From the NCBI GenBank assembly GCA_963807605.1, contig CAWECG010000003.1, forward strand, positions 544,001 through 608,000: a stretch of DNA of 64,000 nt. The letters run 5' to 3'. This DNA comes from Candidatus Bathyarchaeota archaeon (GTDB lineage Archaea; Thermoproteota; Bathyarchaeia; 40CM-2-53-6; RBG-13-38-9). The notes below the pieces were generated by a model. The model saw only the letters and a program-made list of their open reading frames with translations. It had not been told where the DNA came from and did not search any database. A program made the position numbers and the translations under genes. Of this stretch, positions 46,921 to 57,145 are shown in pieces. Position 1 is the stretch's first letter; each line of letters begins with the position of its first letter.

Positions 46921-47160
46921 TCATCGATTTGGTGGGGGACTGATCAGCACGACGTTATCCCCTCTGATGATCAGGGTCCCAAGCTTCTTTGCCTTGTCAA
47001 CCTCTGTAATGTCCTCAGCGTCCTCCATTACGAGATTCATGTGCTGATCGAAACTGTACAGCTTGCCTCTGACGGTCTTTCCCCCTTTCAATTGAACGAG
47101 AACGACCTTGTTGAGGCTCTCTTCAAAGATCTTGGTAGCCATCTCAGACATGGCGTTCAC
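46921..47160 (-). CDS. Sm-like (Lsm/SmAP) protein
   Basis: [17 protein letters not shown]. Confidence 0.95.
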   Translation of the reverse strand: MNAMSEMATKIFEESLNKVVLVQLKGGKTVRGKLYSFDQHMNLVMEDAEDITEVDKAKKLGTLIIRGDNVVLISPPPNR

Positions 47161-47230
47161 ACTTTCCAGAGTCTACCTTTAAGGGTTTGAGTGCGTCATT
47201 TAAGGATTATCTTCAGGTCTTGGTGGAAAC

Positions 47231-47716
47231 TTGTCAAGTCGAAGACGTATGCTGAGAAAAAGCGAAATCAAGTCCCTGCTCGCAGAACTTTCACAATTTA
47301 AGGATGTTCTGAGCTTCGACGAACGAAATACCAAACTTGAAGTTGTAGAAGTTGGTGACCAAAGGATCTTTCTTTTCGACGGTAAGCCATTCCTCTTTGG
47401 GGCTGAAGGAAAACTCTTCCCAACGTTGTTCTTTGAACCTTACATCTTTTCGGCGCCAAAGATCGTCGTGGATATGGGTGCGGTCCCGCACGTCTGTAAT
47501 GGTGCGGATGTGATGGCTCCGGGCGTCCGGAACGTATCAGGTATTTTTTCTGAGGGAGCTTTCGTCGTTGTCACGGATGAGTTACATAGGAAGTCCATTG
47601 CGCTTGGAAGAGCCCTGTTCAACTCTGAACTTCTAGCCAAAACTAGTCGCGGGGCAGTCGTTGAGATACTTCACTATGTTGGTGATGAGATCTATAATAT
47701 TTCGAAGACTATTTAG
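47231..47716 (+). CDS. PUA-domain RNA-binding protein (MCT-1/Tma20-like)
   Basis: VDMGAV..V.NGADVMAPGV..HYVGD. Confidence 0.92.
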   Translation: MSSRRRMLRKSEIKSLLAELSQFKDVLSFDERNTKLEVVEVGDQRIFLFDGKPFLFGAEGKLFPTLFFEPYIFSAPKIVVDMGAVPHVCNGADVMAPGVRNVSGIFSEGAFVVVTDELHRKSIALGRALFNSELLAKTSRGAVVEILHYVGDEIYNISKTI

Positions 47717-47778
47717 CCAGAGTTTTCTGTACTGAGCATAACTTCGTGAGAAAGAAGGAATGGCCTGTTAGTCTATAT

Positions 47779-49698
47779 CTATCTGAGTCTTATTGTCTCC
47801 AAGTTTTCTGGCGCCGTAGTCCTAATCTTGAAAAGTGCTGAGAGCACTCCCGCGATTTGGTCGCATTTTCTATATTCGCCGTGATTAATTATGACTCTGG
47901 AGGGTTTGGAGGATATTCTCCTTACAAACTCGATTATCTGATTTCTATCTGAATGTCCAGAGAATCCTTCAAGGGATTCTACAGTCAGGTTTAGTTTGAC
48001 TGCTTCAAACTTGCCTTTGGGACCGATGAGGTTTATGTCTCTGACACCGTTCCTTACTCTACTGCCGAGTGTTCCCTCAATCTGGTAGCTGACAAAGATC
48101 AGTGTGTTCTTCTCATCTGATCCCATGAGTCTGAGATAATCTATAGCAGGGCCGCCCTCGAGCATCCCTGATGTGGCAAGTATGACTGAAGGGCCTCCGC
48201 CGACAATTCCCTCGCGCTCACTTGGATGATTGACATTAACAAAGAAGTCTGACTGGAATGGGTTTACGTCTTGGTGAAGTATCTTGTCCCTTATCTCTCT
48301 TGAGAGATATTCTGGATAAGCGGTGTGGATTGCTGTTGCCTCAGAGATCATGCCTTCGATGTAGATCGGCGCTTCCATCAGAGCGCCGCTCTTCATATGG
48401 CTGTCCAAGACCATCATTATCTCTTGGGCTCTTCCCACCGCCGGCATCGGGATGAGTACCTTTCCGCCACGTTTGAAAGTCTCATTTACCGTTGATACAA
48501 GTCTAGCCTCAACAGTAGCCCTGCTCGGCATAATGTCTCCTTGGCCGCCGTAAGTGCACTCCGTGATCAGGGTCTCTACTCGCGGGAAGACTGTGGTTGC
48601 GGGCTCCAAGAGCGCAGTCTTTCCAAATTTGAAGTCACTAGTGTAGACTATGTTGTGGAGGCCTTCGCCTATGTGGAGATGTATTATCGACGAGCCTAGA
48701 ATGTGGCCTGAATTGTGGAGAGTCAGTTTCATGTCTGGTGCGACGTCAGTCACGACTCCGTACTTTAGCGGTATCGTGTGCATGACGACTTCGCGGACAT
48801 TCTTCTGGTCGAAGGCAGTGTAGCCTCCCTCCCTGTTGGCTACGTCCAAGGAATCTAGCTGAAGGAGTGTCATCAGCACGGATGTCGGCTCTGAGCAATA
48901 GACGGGTCCATCATAGCCATACTTGTAAAGGAAGGGCACAAGACCGCAATGGTCAAGATGTGCGTGAGAGATTATTACAGCGTCCAGTTTGTCTATACCA
49001 AATTCGTCCAGATCGAGTCTCGGATACGCTCTGGTCGAATCCCCTGAACCAGGGTTGATTCCACAGTCGAGGAGGACTGTGCTTTCGTTCGCTTCGACCA
49101 TTATGCATGAACGACCGACCTCGCGTGAGCCCCCTAAAGGTGTAATCCTGACACTGCTTGCTTTGCTTATTGTTGGCCTGAATATTCGCTCGCCAACATC
49201 TCTTAGGATTCGGCTCCTCTCCTCGCTCTCGGTGTATGTCATATGTCTCATTGTAGCGATGATCTTTGAGGGGAGGGGTGGAGCCCGTAAGACTCGGGGT
49301 CGCCATCCCGTAGCCTTGATGACTTCTTGGAGTATGACCCCATCCTTCCCGATGGCTAGGCCTGGTTTTTTGGCTTCGATTATGACTTCTCCTAGGCTGG
49401 GGTCGAAATTTGCCGATGTGATCGCGGCCTCGGCAGGGATGAGTTTCTTGATTGTATCTTCAGCCTCTTTCTCAGGCATCCTAATGGACGAGTCGGAACG
49501 GATGACAATGCGCTTGTGGAGAAGATTAACAATGTCTGTTACAACATGGCTCTGTTCAACGAGGAGGTTCACGTTCTTGACGTATATCGCGAGCCGAGGG
49601 CCCTCAAACTCGATCCTGGTAACCTCTGCTTCCTTGGGCATATTCTCCAATATCGCAGTCATTATTTTCGAATGTGTACTATTGAGGCTCTTGGGCAC
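47779..49698 (-). CDS. fttA: Beta-CASP ribonuclease aCPSF1 (termination factor FttA)
   Basis: KH domains, SHAHLDH, GHILGS, GFSGHSD; adjacent to psmB. Confidence 0.95.
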   Translation of the reverse strand: MPKSLNSTHSKIMTAILENMPKEAEVTRIEFEGPRLAIYVKNVNLLVEQSHVVTDIVNLLHKRIVIRSDSSIRMPEKEAEDTIKKLIPAEAAITSANFDPSLGEVIIEAKKPGLAIGKDGVILQEVIKATGWRPRVLRAPPLPSKIIATMRHMTYTESEERSRILRDVGERIFRPTISKASSVRITPLGGSREVGRSCIMVEANESTVLLDCGINPGSGDSTRAYPRLDLDEFGIDKLDAVIISHAHLDHCGLVPFLYKYGYDGPVYCSEPTSVLMTLLQLDSLDVANREGGYTAFDQKNVREVVMHTIPLKYGVVTDVAPDMKLTLHNSGHILGSSIIHLHIGEGLHNIVYTSDFKFGKTALLEPATTVFPRVETLITECTYGGQGDIMPSRATVEARLVSTVNETFKRGGKVLIPMPAVGRAQEIMMVLDSHMKSGALMEAPIYIEGMISEATAIHTAYPEYLSREIRDKILHQDVNPFQSDFFVNVNHPSEREGIVGGGPSVILATSGMLEGGPAIDYLRLMGSDEKNTLIFVSYQIEGTLGSRVRNGVRDINLIGPKGKFEAVKLNLTVESLEGFSGHSDRNQIIEFVRRISSKPSRVIINHGEYRKCDQIAGVLSALFKIRTTAPENLETIRLR

Positions 49699-49732
49699 GT
49701 ATTCTCACTTGAGCGAAACAGAATAGAATGGG

Positions 49733-50428
49733 TTAGGCCTTGGGTGCGAGTATCTTCTTTTCTTCCTCGCTAAGCTCTTTGTAGCCTTCTTTGGTGACTA
49801 CTGAGATGTCAAAGCTGTCACCGCTGGCCGCATCCCTCTTCATAGCTGCGCCTACGGCCTTCAAGATAATGGGAATAGCCTCCTTGATCAACAGGCCCTG
49901 TTTGAATTGGGATTCAAGGACGCCATAAGCTATCGGTGAGCCGGATCCTGTGGATACGCAAGTCTCCTCGGTCACGCTCCCCAGCGGATCTAGAGCAAAG
50001 ATCCTTGGGCCAGTAGCGTCTACTCCTCCTATGAGGGCTTGGAGTATAAACGGCGCAAGCCGGGCCGAGAAGAGTATGTTGGCAACCAACCGCGCAGCGG
50101 CACTGACAGGCATAACGGCTTCATTCTGCAAGTGGTAGAGTTCAGCGTTCGCCTTTAGGATATCAACCATCGCCTGAGCGTCTCCGACGGCACCAGCAAT
50201 CGTCATTGCAAGATGCTCGGCAACTGGGTAAACCTTCTTGGCATGCTTATGAGCTATGAAGAAACCCATAGTCGCTCGAGTATCGGTCGCGAGAATGACT
50301 CCGTCTTTGCAGACAACACCTATTGTCGTCGTACCTTTAGCAATCTGTTTCTCAAAGTCCACTGGTCCGGGATACATATATGGATGGCCTCGATAAGTTT
50401 CCAAGCAGGTTGTAGCAGAATCGCGCAA
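49733..50428 (-). CDS. psmB: Proteasome beta subunit (catalytic)
   Basis: KG|TTTIG, GSGS, RDAASG; true start probably downstream. Confidence 0.95.
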   Translation of the reverse strand: MRDSATTCLETYRGHPYMYPGPVDFEKQIAKGTTTIGVVCKDGVILATDTRATMGFFIAHKHAKKVYPVAEHLAMTIAGAVGDAQAMVDILKANAELYHLQNEAVMPVSAAARLVANILFSARLAPFILQALIGGVDATGPRIFALDPLGSVTEETCVSTGSGSPIAYGVLESQFKQGLLIKEAIPIILKAVGAAMKRDAASGDSFDISVVTKEGYKELSEEEKKILAPKA

Positions 50429-50441
50429 GAAGTCTTGGCGA

Positions 50442-50945
50442 TTGCTATCTCACAACCTCAACGACCTAAAAAAAGCTTTCGTGAGAGATAAGTCGATGGT
50501 GCAGAAAGTCACGCTCATAGGCGAAAGACAAGCTCGCATAGGATTCAGATTTTTGTTCGAAGGCGTCGCTGATATTTGTTCAAGATGTGAGGTCAAGAAA
50601 GTATGTCTAGGAAATCTTGAACCAGGAAGGCTCTACGAGGTCAACAAGGTCTTGAGAAGGAGATTCCCCTGCCTCTTGCATTCTGAAGATGCAGTTGTGG
50701 TTCAGGTCGAAGAGCCGCCTTTGGAGACAGCTGTTCAGGCTCGAATCGCAGTCAATGAGGCGTTGGTAACATACTCCAAGGATAATTGCAGAAACATCTC
50801 CTGCGAATACAGAAGAAAATGCTTTCCGCTGGGCCTAGCTGAAGGCGACAGATGCAAGGTGGTCAAGGTTGAGGGGCTGCTGCCGTGTCCACTGAGGGAG
50901 CAGCTTCTTTTGGTTTTGCTTCAGCGACAGTCGAAGGCTTCTTGA
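50442..50945 (+). CDS. UPF0179 family protein
   Basis: VTLIG..C..C..C..LEPGRLY..C.LH; start probably MVQK. Confidence 0.85.
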   Translation: MLSHNLNDLKKAFVRDKSMVQKVTLIGERQARIGFRFLFEGVADICSRCEVKKVCLGNLEPGRLYEVNKVLRRRFPCLLHSEDAVVVQVEEPPLETAVQARIAVNEALVTYSKDNCRNISCEYRRKCFPLGLAEGDRCKVVKVEGLLPCPLREQLLLVLLQRQSKAS

Positions 50946-51618
50946 AGACCTCGACAAATACCACTCTAGCTATCTCAGGCATAAGCTTCTGTATGTCATT
51001 TGAGATCACTCTCTTTGCTACCTGTAAACCTTCGATAAGGAAAGCCTCGTCAGGGATCTCAACCTTACACTCATTCTCAGATAGGGTTAGGTTGAATTTC
51101 TCAGGAACAGGGGTTGGCATCCGTCGATGGATAAGCGCCCTAATCTTCTCCTCAGTCGATTCCAGTGTCTTCTCCAACTTGAGATTGTAGACTAGTGTCT
51201 TGCCCGCGAGAGGATGGTTGAAGTCTACTTGAACTCTTCCGGCTCCGACGGACCTGACAAGAGCTGATCTACCGTCTATCTCTATCCGAGAACCTGGAAC
51301 GGGCGTCATCTTTTCCTTGTTGAATCGTCTAATTGGTACGAGCTTCATCTTTGAGGGGTCTCGTAGGCCATAGCCCTTCTCAGGAGGAACTTCGACAGTA
51401 AGATCTTTGCCGACCTCAAGGTTGGTCAGGGCCTCATCGAGTCCTTTCGGTACCCACCCTTCACCAACGACAATAAACTGAGGTTCGTAGATATTTTCAC
51501 TGCGATAAATATTCGCCTCCTTCGCGACGGTCTCCAGAGTTGTGTCAATTGTCTCGTTACTCTCCTTTATCTTGGAGGTGTAGTTGATCAGTGCAAAGTC
51601 CCCTTTTTTCAGCGACAT
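50863..51618 (-). CDS. Long-type archaeal FKBP PPIase
   Basis: GLDEAL, PPEKGYG.RD, VDFNHPLAGK. Confidence 0.93.
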   Translation of the reverse strand: MSLKKGDFALINYTSKIKESNETIDTTLETVAKEANIYRSENIYEPQFIVVGEGWVPKGLDEALTNLEVGKDLTVEVPPEKGYGLRDPSKMKLVPIRRFNKEKMTPVPGSRIEIDGRSALVRSVGAGRVQVDFNHPLAGKTLVYNLKLEKTLESTEEKIRALIHRRMPTPVPEKFNLTLSENECKVEIPDEAFLIEGLQVAKRVISNDIQKLMPEIARVVFVEVFKKPSTVAEAKPKEAAPSVDTAAAPQP

Positions 51619-52025
51619 CTAGTACACCTGAAAGTTATCATAAAGGCAAACTCGCCACTTATTAATGCTACTTGTGATATTCACGTGCATGCGCACAGCC
51701 GGGTTAACAAAATAAGGCTCCACTCTCTATGGTCGAAGATAATGTCCGGAGAAGATTCAACAAGTTGACGGTAACGTTCCTCGATCTCTCTTAATGCTCT
51801 AGTTCTCTCCTCAACTAGCTCCTCTAAACTCTCGGCCTTTGACACTCAATGGTCCCTCGTGTCATCCTATCTTCCGTCTCAATTAATATGGTTAAGGATG
51901 ATGGGTGACAAGAAGTTGTTTCATCAAGGATTTCTGTTTTCGTTACGCACATGCACTTTGATTCTCGAGGTTTGGACCTTGTTAATTTCACTAGGGTCTC
52001 TCTTATGCGCGTGCAGCCTCTGTCC

Positions 52026-52580
52026 TCAACTGGCTAACTCTACGATCTCGCTGACTCTGAAGCAGAGGACGCCGTCCTCCCGGTAGAGGGAGCCGCGGGC
52101 GGTGAATCTTGCATCCTTCTTGAGCAGGTTTGACGGCCCTTCGAAGTCCGAAGGCAGCATTCTGGCTCTCCATTTATCGTTTATCCATGCAACGACTTTC
52201 CCAGGGTAGACCTTCTCAATGACCACCTTGAATAGATCTTTCGGGCCGCTATCGCCTCTGGATTCCTTCATTGCCGAGGTCGCGGTGACCGACGCTATGC
52301 GTTCCCATCCAAGCCTGATAGCGTGCCCTGAATCTTCAAGCCTGTTTACAGCGGCCGTCACGACATTTGGAGATATCCCTTCTTGGGTCAACTTGCTCAT
52401 CAAGTCCTCTATCATGATGCCCCTCCCTCCAGCTTTCATTAATTCAGTCAGAAGCTTTCTCGATACCCGCTCGACTTCTGCAAGAAACTTCTTTCCCTCA
52501 TCCTCGACAGCGATCTTGAATTGGACTCCAACATATGACCCCGCTTTTCTCTCCAGATCTTGGAGTTCCTCAACTGTCAA
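52026..52580 (-). CDS. wHTH plus OB-fold-like protein, possibly the frameshifted C-terminus of Hef
   Basis: Frame stays open upstream into the end of the helicase gene (PLIRLGSKPDPSPLTVEEL). Confidence 0.6.
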   Translation of the reverse strand: MTVEELQDLERKAGSYVGVQFKIAVEDEGKKFLAEVERVSRKLLTELMKAGGRGIMIEDLMSKLTQEGISPNVVTAAVNRLEDSGHAIRLGWERIASVTATSAMKESRGDSGPKDLFKVVIEKVYPGKVVAWINDKWRARMLPSDFEGPSNLLKKDARFTARGSLYREDGVLCFRVSEIVELAS

Positions 52581-52590
52581 GGGCGAAGGA

Positions 52591-54174
52591 TCAGGCTTCG
52601 ACCCGAGACGAATTAGCGGTTCTTAGGTTTTGATTGAGTGACCTTGTGACCTTTCGCATCTTCTCAACCCTTCTCTTGCTGGCGTACAAGTAGGCGATGT
52701 CGAAAGTGTCCTTTGCAGCCAAGATAACGGCCCTTCCCGCTGCCTTCCGCCCTGTTCTTCCACGCCTCTGTATGTGTCGTATCTCGCTTGGAACAGGTTC
52801 GTAAAATATCACGAGGTCAACGCTGGGTATGTCCAGCCCCTCTTCGGCGACACAGGTCGCAACTAGGATCTTGGTCCCTCCGGATTCGAAGTCTCTGAGC
52901 ATGTTCGATTGTTCATCTTGGGTGAGACCGACATCCTCGTATTTCGTGGCCTGGCCGACAAACCTCTCGACCCCTACGACCAGATCATTCCTCAATCGCC
53001 TAACCAAGTTTGTGGCTGTGTCTCTGTATTGTGTAAAAACAATTACTCTTGAACTAGGGTTTCTGCGCAGCTGGTCTTGGATCTCGTCAACCAGTAACTT
53101 GACTTTGGGATGGGGAATTTTTCTAAATCGTTTAAGATTGCTCTTGAAGTCTATGTACTGCGGGTTGTTGATTATGGTCCTGTAGCTTCTCTTGGAATGG
53201 TCAGCAGATTCGATCTTCTCCAGAAAGGTTGCCAGTGTATCGATTCCCTGAGTTTCCAATAGCTCCAGCGCATGAAATAGGGTAAGTGCAGATGATTGAG
53301 CCACAATGGCACTGTAGATGGGGCCTTTTTCAGAAGGGGTACCCCGCTCAATCTTGTCCCTTAAGGAATGACCAATCTCCAAGAGGTCTCTTCGTGTTGC
53401 GCGGTCTATGCTCTTCTGCAGATGGCCCATCCTTCTAAGCCAACTCAACCTCTCATCGAGGAGTTGCCTGATGTTCTGTCTTAGTATCCGGTATTCCTGA
53501 GGTAGGTCGACGTATCTCCATTCAACCTGGACCGGCTTGATGTAGGGTATGACGTCAATGTCCTCTTCGGATCTATACTCGATCTGTTCAACGAATAGGG
53601 CTCTGCAGACCTCTTCGACGCGTTCTTTGTCCGCGCCTGGGCTGGCGGTCGTTCCGAGGATTATCGGCCAGGGCGATCGTTCCAGGTACTTCTTCGCAAC
53701 GTAAGTGTATGCGTAATCCTTTGTGGCCCGATGGCATTCGTCAAAAACCATCAAGCTGAACTCTTTCACATCAATATAGTTCCGCATGAGGTCGTTTCTT
53801 ACAACTTGGGGCGTTGCAAATATGATTCGGGACTTGCCTTTCCAGATGACCTCTCTTTCCATGTTGCTGGTTTTACCTGTCAGGGCAACAGCTTCGTCTT
53901 CTGGTATCTTAAGAATCTCTAGGAAGGATTCTCGGTGTTGCAGGACCAAAGGTCTCGTAGGCGCCATCAGGAGGATGCGTGTCTGTTTGTAGTTATAGAG
54001 GAAATGAGCAGCCACAAGAGCTGTTATGACAGTCTTCCCGAGGGCTGTTGGCAGAACTACGAGGGTATTCCTCAGAGATGCCCTGGCAGCGATGTTTTCT
54101 TGGTAGAGCCTGCGCTCTGTATGTTCCAATCTTACAAGTAGTCTTCCGTCATCTCCATCAGTTTTTGAATCCAA
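52591..54174 (-). CDS. hef: Hef/FANCM-like SF2 helicase (no ERCC4 nuclease domain in this ORF)
   Basis: LPTALGKT, DECH, TASPG, EEGLDIP, QRRGRTGR. Confidence 0.9.
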   Translation of the reverse strand: MDSKTDGDDGRLLVRLEHTERRLYQENIAARASLRNTLVVLPTALGKTVITALVAAHFLYNYKQTRILLMAPTRPLVLQHRESFLEILKIPEDEAVALTGKTSNMEREVIWKGKSRIIFATPQVVRNDLMRNYIDVKEFSLMVFDECHRATKDYAYTYVAKKYLERSPWPIILGTTASPGADKERVEEVCRALFVEQIEYRSEEDIDVIPYIKPVQVEWRYVDLPQEYRILRQNIRQLLDERLSWLRRMGHLQKSIDRATRRDLLEIGHSLRDKIERGTPSEKGPIYSAIVAQSSALTLFHALELLETQGIDTLATFLEKIESADHSKRSYRTIINNPQYIDFKSNLKRFRKIPHPKVKLLVDEIQDQLRRNPSSRVIVFTQYRDTATNLVRRLRNDLVVGVERFVGQATKYEDVGLTQDEQSNMLRDFESGGTKILVATCVAEEGLDIPSVDLVIFYEPVPSEIRHIQRRGRTGRKAAGRAVILAAKDTFDIAYLYASKRRVEKMRKVTRSLNQNLRTANSSRVEA

Positions 54175-54428
54175 ATTCAGATCAGCATAACAGAAACTCG
54201 TTAAAGTGCTGCAAACGCAATGTTGAGATGGGATTCATCCCATTCGTTTTTACTAAGCCAATCCGCAACCAGGGTCTCTTGCGTGAAAGAGTTCTAGAGT
54301 AGATGACTGTTTATCTCTCGATCAAATCCTCTTGACTGATTCCCATTGACGCTCTTCCTCTCGACTCTGCAAGTGAGATTCGTCAACTACACCACGAGTC
54401 TAACAGATAGGGGTCTGTGAGGTGACTA

Positions 54429-55613
54429 CTAATAGGGCAGTAATTTTTGTATGTAGTCCGCATACTCTTTGAATTTCTCTAGGGAGAATTCGACGTGAAT
54501 CAGGTGATCTGCACCTGGAATGTAACCTCCCATCTCTTTCAGTATCGGAAGTTTGGAATCCACTTCCTTCCTCATGGCTTCACCTCCCTTGGCGAGTTCC
54601 CTCTTGTCCAAGTTGCCGATGAGGAAGAGCTTGTTACCATACTTCTTTTTGATCTCAATGGCATTCATATTGCAGTTAACTTCTAATGGCCATAATCCTG
54701 TTATTCCTGATTCAATCAGCAAGTCCAGCATAGGATTGATGTTACCGTCGCTGTCCACCATTATCCTGTCGATCTTATTCTTCTTCAGAAAGCCGGTTAG
54801 ATTCTTGTAGTGTGGAAGGCAGTATTGTCTGAAGAGTTTCGGGGACATGTTTGGGCCGTGTTTCTCAGCCATGTCCTCCCACCAAAATACCATGTCGATA
54901 CGATCCTTGAGTGTCTCCACGGCTTCCCGTACAGTCTCCCTTATGTAATATTCCCAGTGTTCTGCCATGTCATTTATCAATTCTGGATCTTTGTATAGCG
55001 CGATGTTGAAAGGAGCTATTCCCATCAGTTCTGCTCCAAAACCGTAGAAGCCGTTGAACCGCATCATGGTTATTCCTTGTTGGTAGTTTTCAAATTGAGA
55101 GAGGTAATCGTCTTTGTGCCAGTCCTTGGGGTATCTCCTTGGATCTTTAGGATTCAGCAGTTTCTTGTACTCTCCCCAAGTCTCTTGATCCTTGACGGGA
55201 AACTCTGTGAACATAGGCATGCTGTACCATGTTCGTCCTTCACTCTTGATACGCTTCGCGATTGCGCCGGTTTCTGTCCGCATCGTGACGTATCGATCGT
55301 CTTCTCCTATGATCTTCTGTTTGAATCGAGGTAACGGTCCTACATCAAGCGGGACCACGCACCCGTAGTAGCTCTGACAACCAAAGTATGAATAGGCATC
55401 GAATCCTTTGACGGCTGGCCAATTGTATAGGTTTGTACCGCCTCTTCCCATTTCCCACTCTATTGCGATGACCTTGTCCGTTGGAAGCCCTTGTCTGAAC
55501 CAAGCCATGATTGTCTCATCGAACATGCTCTCAAGCCATGGGAGAACGTCGGGCTTGCGGTGGTTTAGTACCGCGTTGATTCTTCCTCGAGGCGTCATTA
55601 GCCAGTCACCCAC
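54429..55613 (-). CDS. Uroporphyrinogen decarboxylase / MtaA-CmuA family corrinoid methyltransferase-like protein
   Basis: EDMA...GP..SP, DSDG, GNLDK, GGYIP..DH; coupled to the corrinoid protein gene. Confidence 0.85.
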   Translation of the reverse strand: MGDWLMTPRGRINAVLNHRKPDVLPWLESMFDETIMAWFRQGLPTDKVIAIEWEMGRGGTNLYNWPAVKGFDAYSYFGCQSYYGCVVPLDVGPLPRFKQKIIGEDDRYVTMRTETGAIAKRIKSEGRTWYSMPMFTEFPVKDQETWGEYKKLLNPKDPRRYPKDWHKDDYLSQFENYQQGITMMRFNGFYGFGAELMGIAPFNIALYKDPELINDMAEHWEYYIRETVREAVETLKDRIDMVFWWEDMAEKHGPNMSPKLFRQYCLPHYKNLTGFLKKNKIDRIMVDSDGNINPMLDLLIESGITGLWPLEVNCNMNAIEIKKKYGNKLFLIGNLDKRELAKGGEAMRKEVDSKLPILKEMGGYIPGADHLIHVEFSLEKFKEYADYIQKLLPY

Positions 55614-56242
55614 TTCTTGCAGATCTCTAAACCCTCGATAGCATCTAGAGCGGCGGCGTCCACGCCGACTTCTTGTGCAAACTGCTTGGTGACAGCATTG
55701 CCTCCTATGATGACCTTCACCTTGTCTCTTATACCAGTCTCCTTCAATCCATCAAGCACAATCTGGACCTCTGGCAGGGTTGAGGTCAGGAGTGTGGACA
55801 TGCCCACTATGTCAGCACTGATCTTCTTTGTCTCTTCGACGAATGTCTTCGGGTCTACATCGACGCCGAGATCATGAACCTTGAATCCTGAGAACTGGGC
55901 CATCATGCCAAAAATATTCTTTCCAATATCATGCATATCGCCTCTTACAGTGCCCAGCAAGATAGTCCCTTTCTGCACGAGTTCATTGCTCTTCATATGT
56001 GGTCCTAGTACGCCGAATAGGTTGGTCATGATCTCTCCAGCGTAGAGAAGTTCAGATAGGAAATATTCTCCCTTCTCATATCTGGCCCCTACTTCATCCA
56101 ATCCCTTTTTGAGGCCTTTCTCAATGATTTCTGCAGCAGGGCATCCTTGCTTGAGCGCTTTTTCAACTTGTTTTCTGATCTCGTTTATTCCTTCGAGATC
56201 CGAGATAGATTTTGAGATTTCTTCGAGAGTAGAGTTAGTCAT
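55598..56242 (-). CDS. Corrinoid (B12-binding) protein, MtaC/MttC-like
   Basis: GDMHDIGKN, DLGVDV, S.LLT, IIGG. Confidence 0.93.
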   Translation of the reverse strand: MTNSTLEEISKSISDLEGINEIRKQVEKALKQGCPAAEIIEKGLKKGLDEVGARYEKGEYFLSELLYAGEIMTNLFGVLGPHMKSNELVQKGTILLGTVRGDMHDIGKNIFGMMAQFSGFKVHDLGVDVDPKTFVEETKKISADIVGMSTLLTSTLPEVQIVLDGLKETGIRDKVKVIIGGNAVTKQFAQEVGVDAAALDAIEGLEICKKWVTG

Positions 56243-56385
56243 TTGCTTGTCCCAACCGTTGGTTTCAAATTGACTTTGATAAGCCTTTCTCGCATGTGCC
56301 TTCATTCAGCTTCGAAGTCCGATTATCTGATCAGCAACATCGGATTGACTTGTCTGAATTTCTCTCTCGATTCTTTATAGTTGGA

Positions 56386-57048
56386 TTATGTTATGCGAAA
56401 TCTGGCTAAGCTCACCTGTACCTTATCATTTAGCTCGATCCTCGCGTATCCCCCATTGTAGGCTGGGCCTGGGTTGACTAAGATAGTGTCTGCAATTCTA
56501 TCGATTCCCTGTGCCTCGTGGATGTGCCCGCAAACGACCAGTATGGGTTCTTTAGTTTCGATGAATCTTCTTACAGAGTAACTTCCTGCGTGAATTCCTG
56601 ATCTTGTCAGGTCAAGCTTGGTATTTTTCGGCGGAGAATGTGTCAGCAGTATGAGCCCTCCTTCTCGACATGTTCGAATGGCTTGGTTCAAGAGATGTTC
56701 CGCCTCTTCTTCCGTAAACTCGAATGGAGTATTGAAGGGGGTGTTTATGGAGCCACCCAGGCCGACTAGGGCGTATTCGCCGCAGCCTATGCAACGGCCG
56801 TGAAGGTTCTTGAGACCGTTTCCAGTCCAGCTGGAGAGTCGGGGCGAATCCATATTTCCGGGCACGAAGTAGACAGGCGCCTTTGATTTGCCTAGGATCT
56901 CTAGAAGCCTCAGCGCCTCGCGGAGATCACCATGCGAAATGTCGCCTACCACAAATACTGCATCGGTAGATTCAGCTGCTATTGTCTCGGCGGCGGCTAA
57001 AGCTGCACTTTCACTTCTATGGAGATCTGTTAGAGCGACTATCCTCAA
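56386..57048 (-). CDS. Calcineurin-like metallophosphoesterase
   Basis: DLH, GD, GNMD, HSPP, GHIHE, NPG. Confidence 0.9.
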   Translation of the reverse strand: MRIVALTDLHRSESAALAAAETIAAESTDAVFVVGDISHGDLREALRLLEILGKSKAPVYFVPGNMDSPRLSSWTGNGLKNLHGRCIGCGEYALVGLGGSINTPFNTPFEFTEEEAEHLLNQAIRTCREGGLILLTHSPPKNTKLDLTRSGIHAGSYSVRRFIETKEPILVVCGHIHEAQGIDRIADTILVNPGPAYNGGYARIELNDKVQVSLARFRIT

Positions 57049-57145
57049 AGTTCTCTCCCGGGTGTCTTCGTCTTAAGCTGTAAATTCTCACCTACGGGTT
57101 CTTCATAAATCCGTTCAGCCATAGAATGTTGAAGGCAATGGAAGT

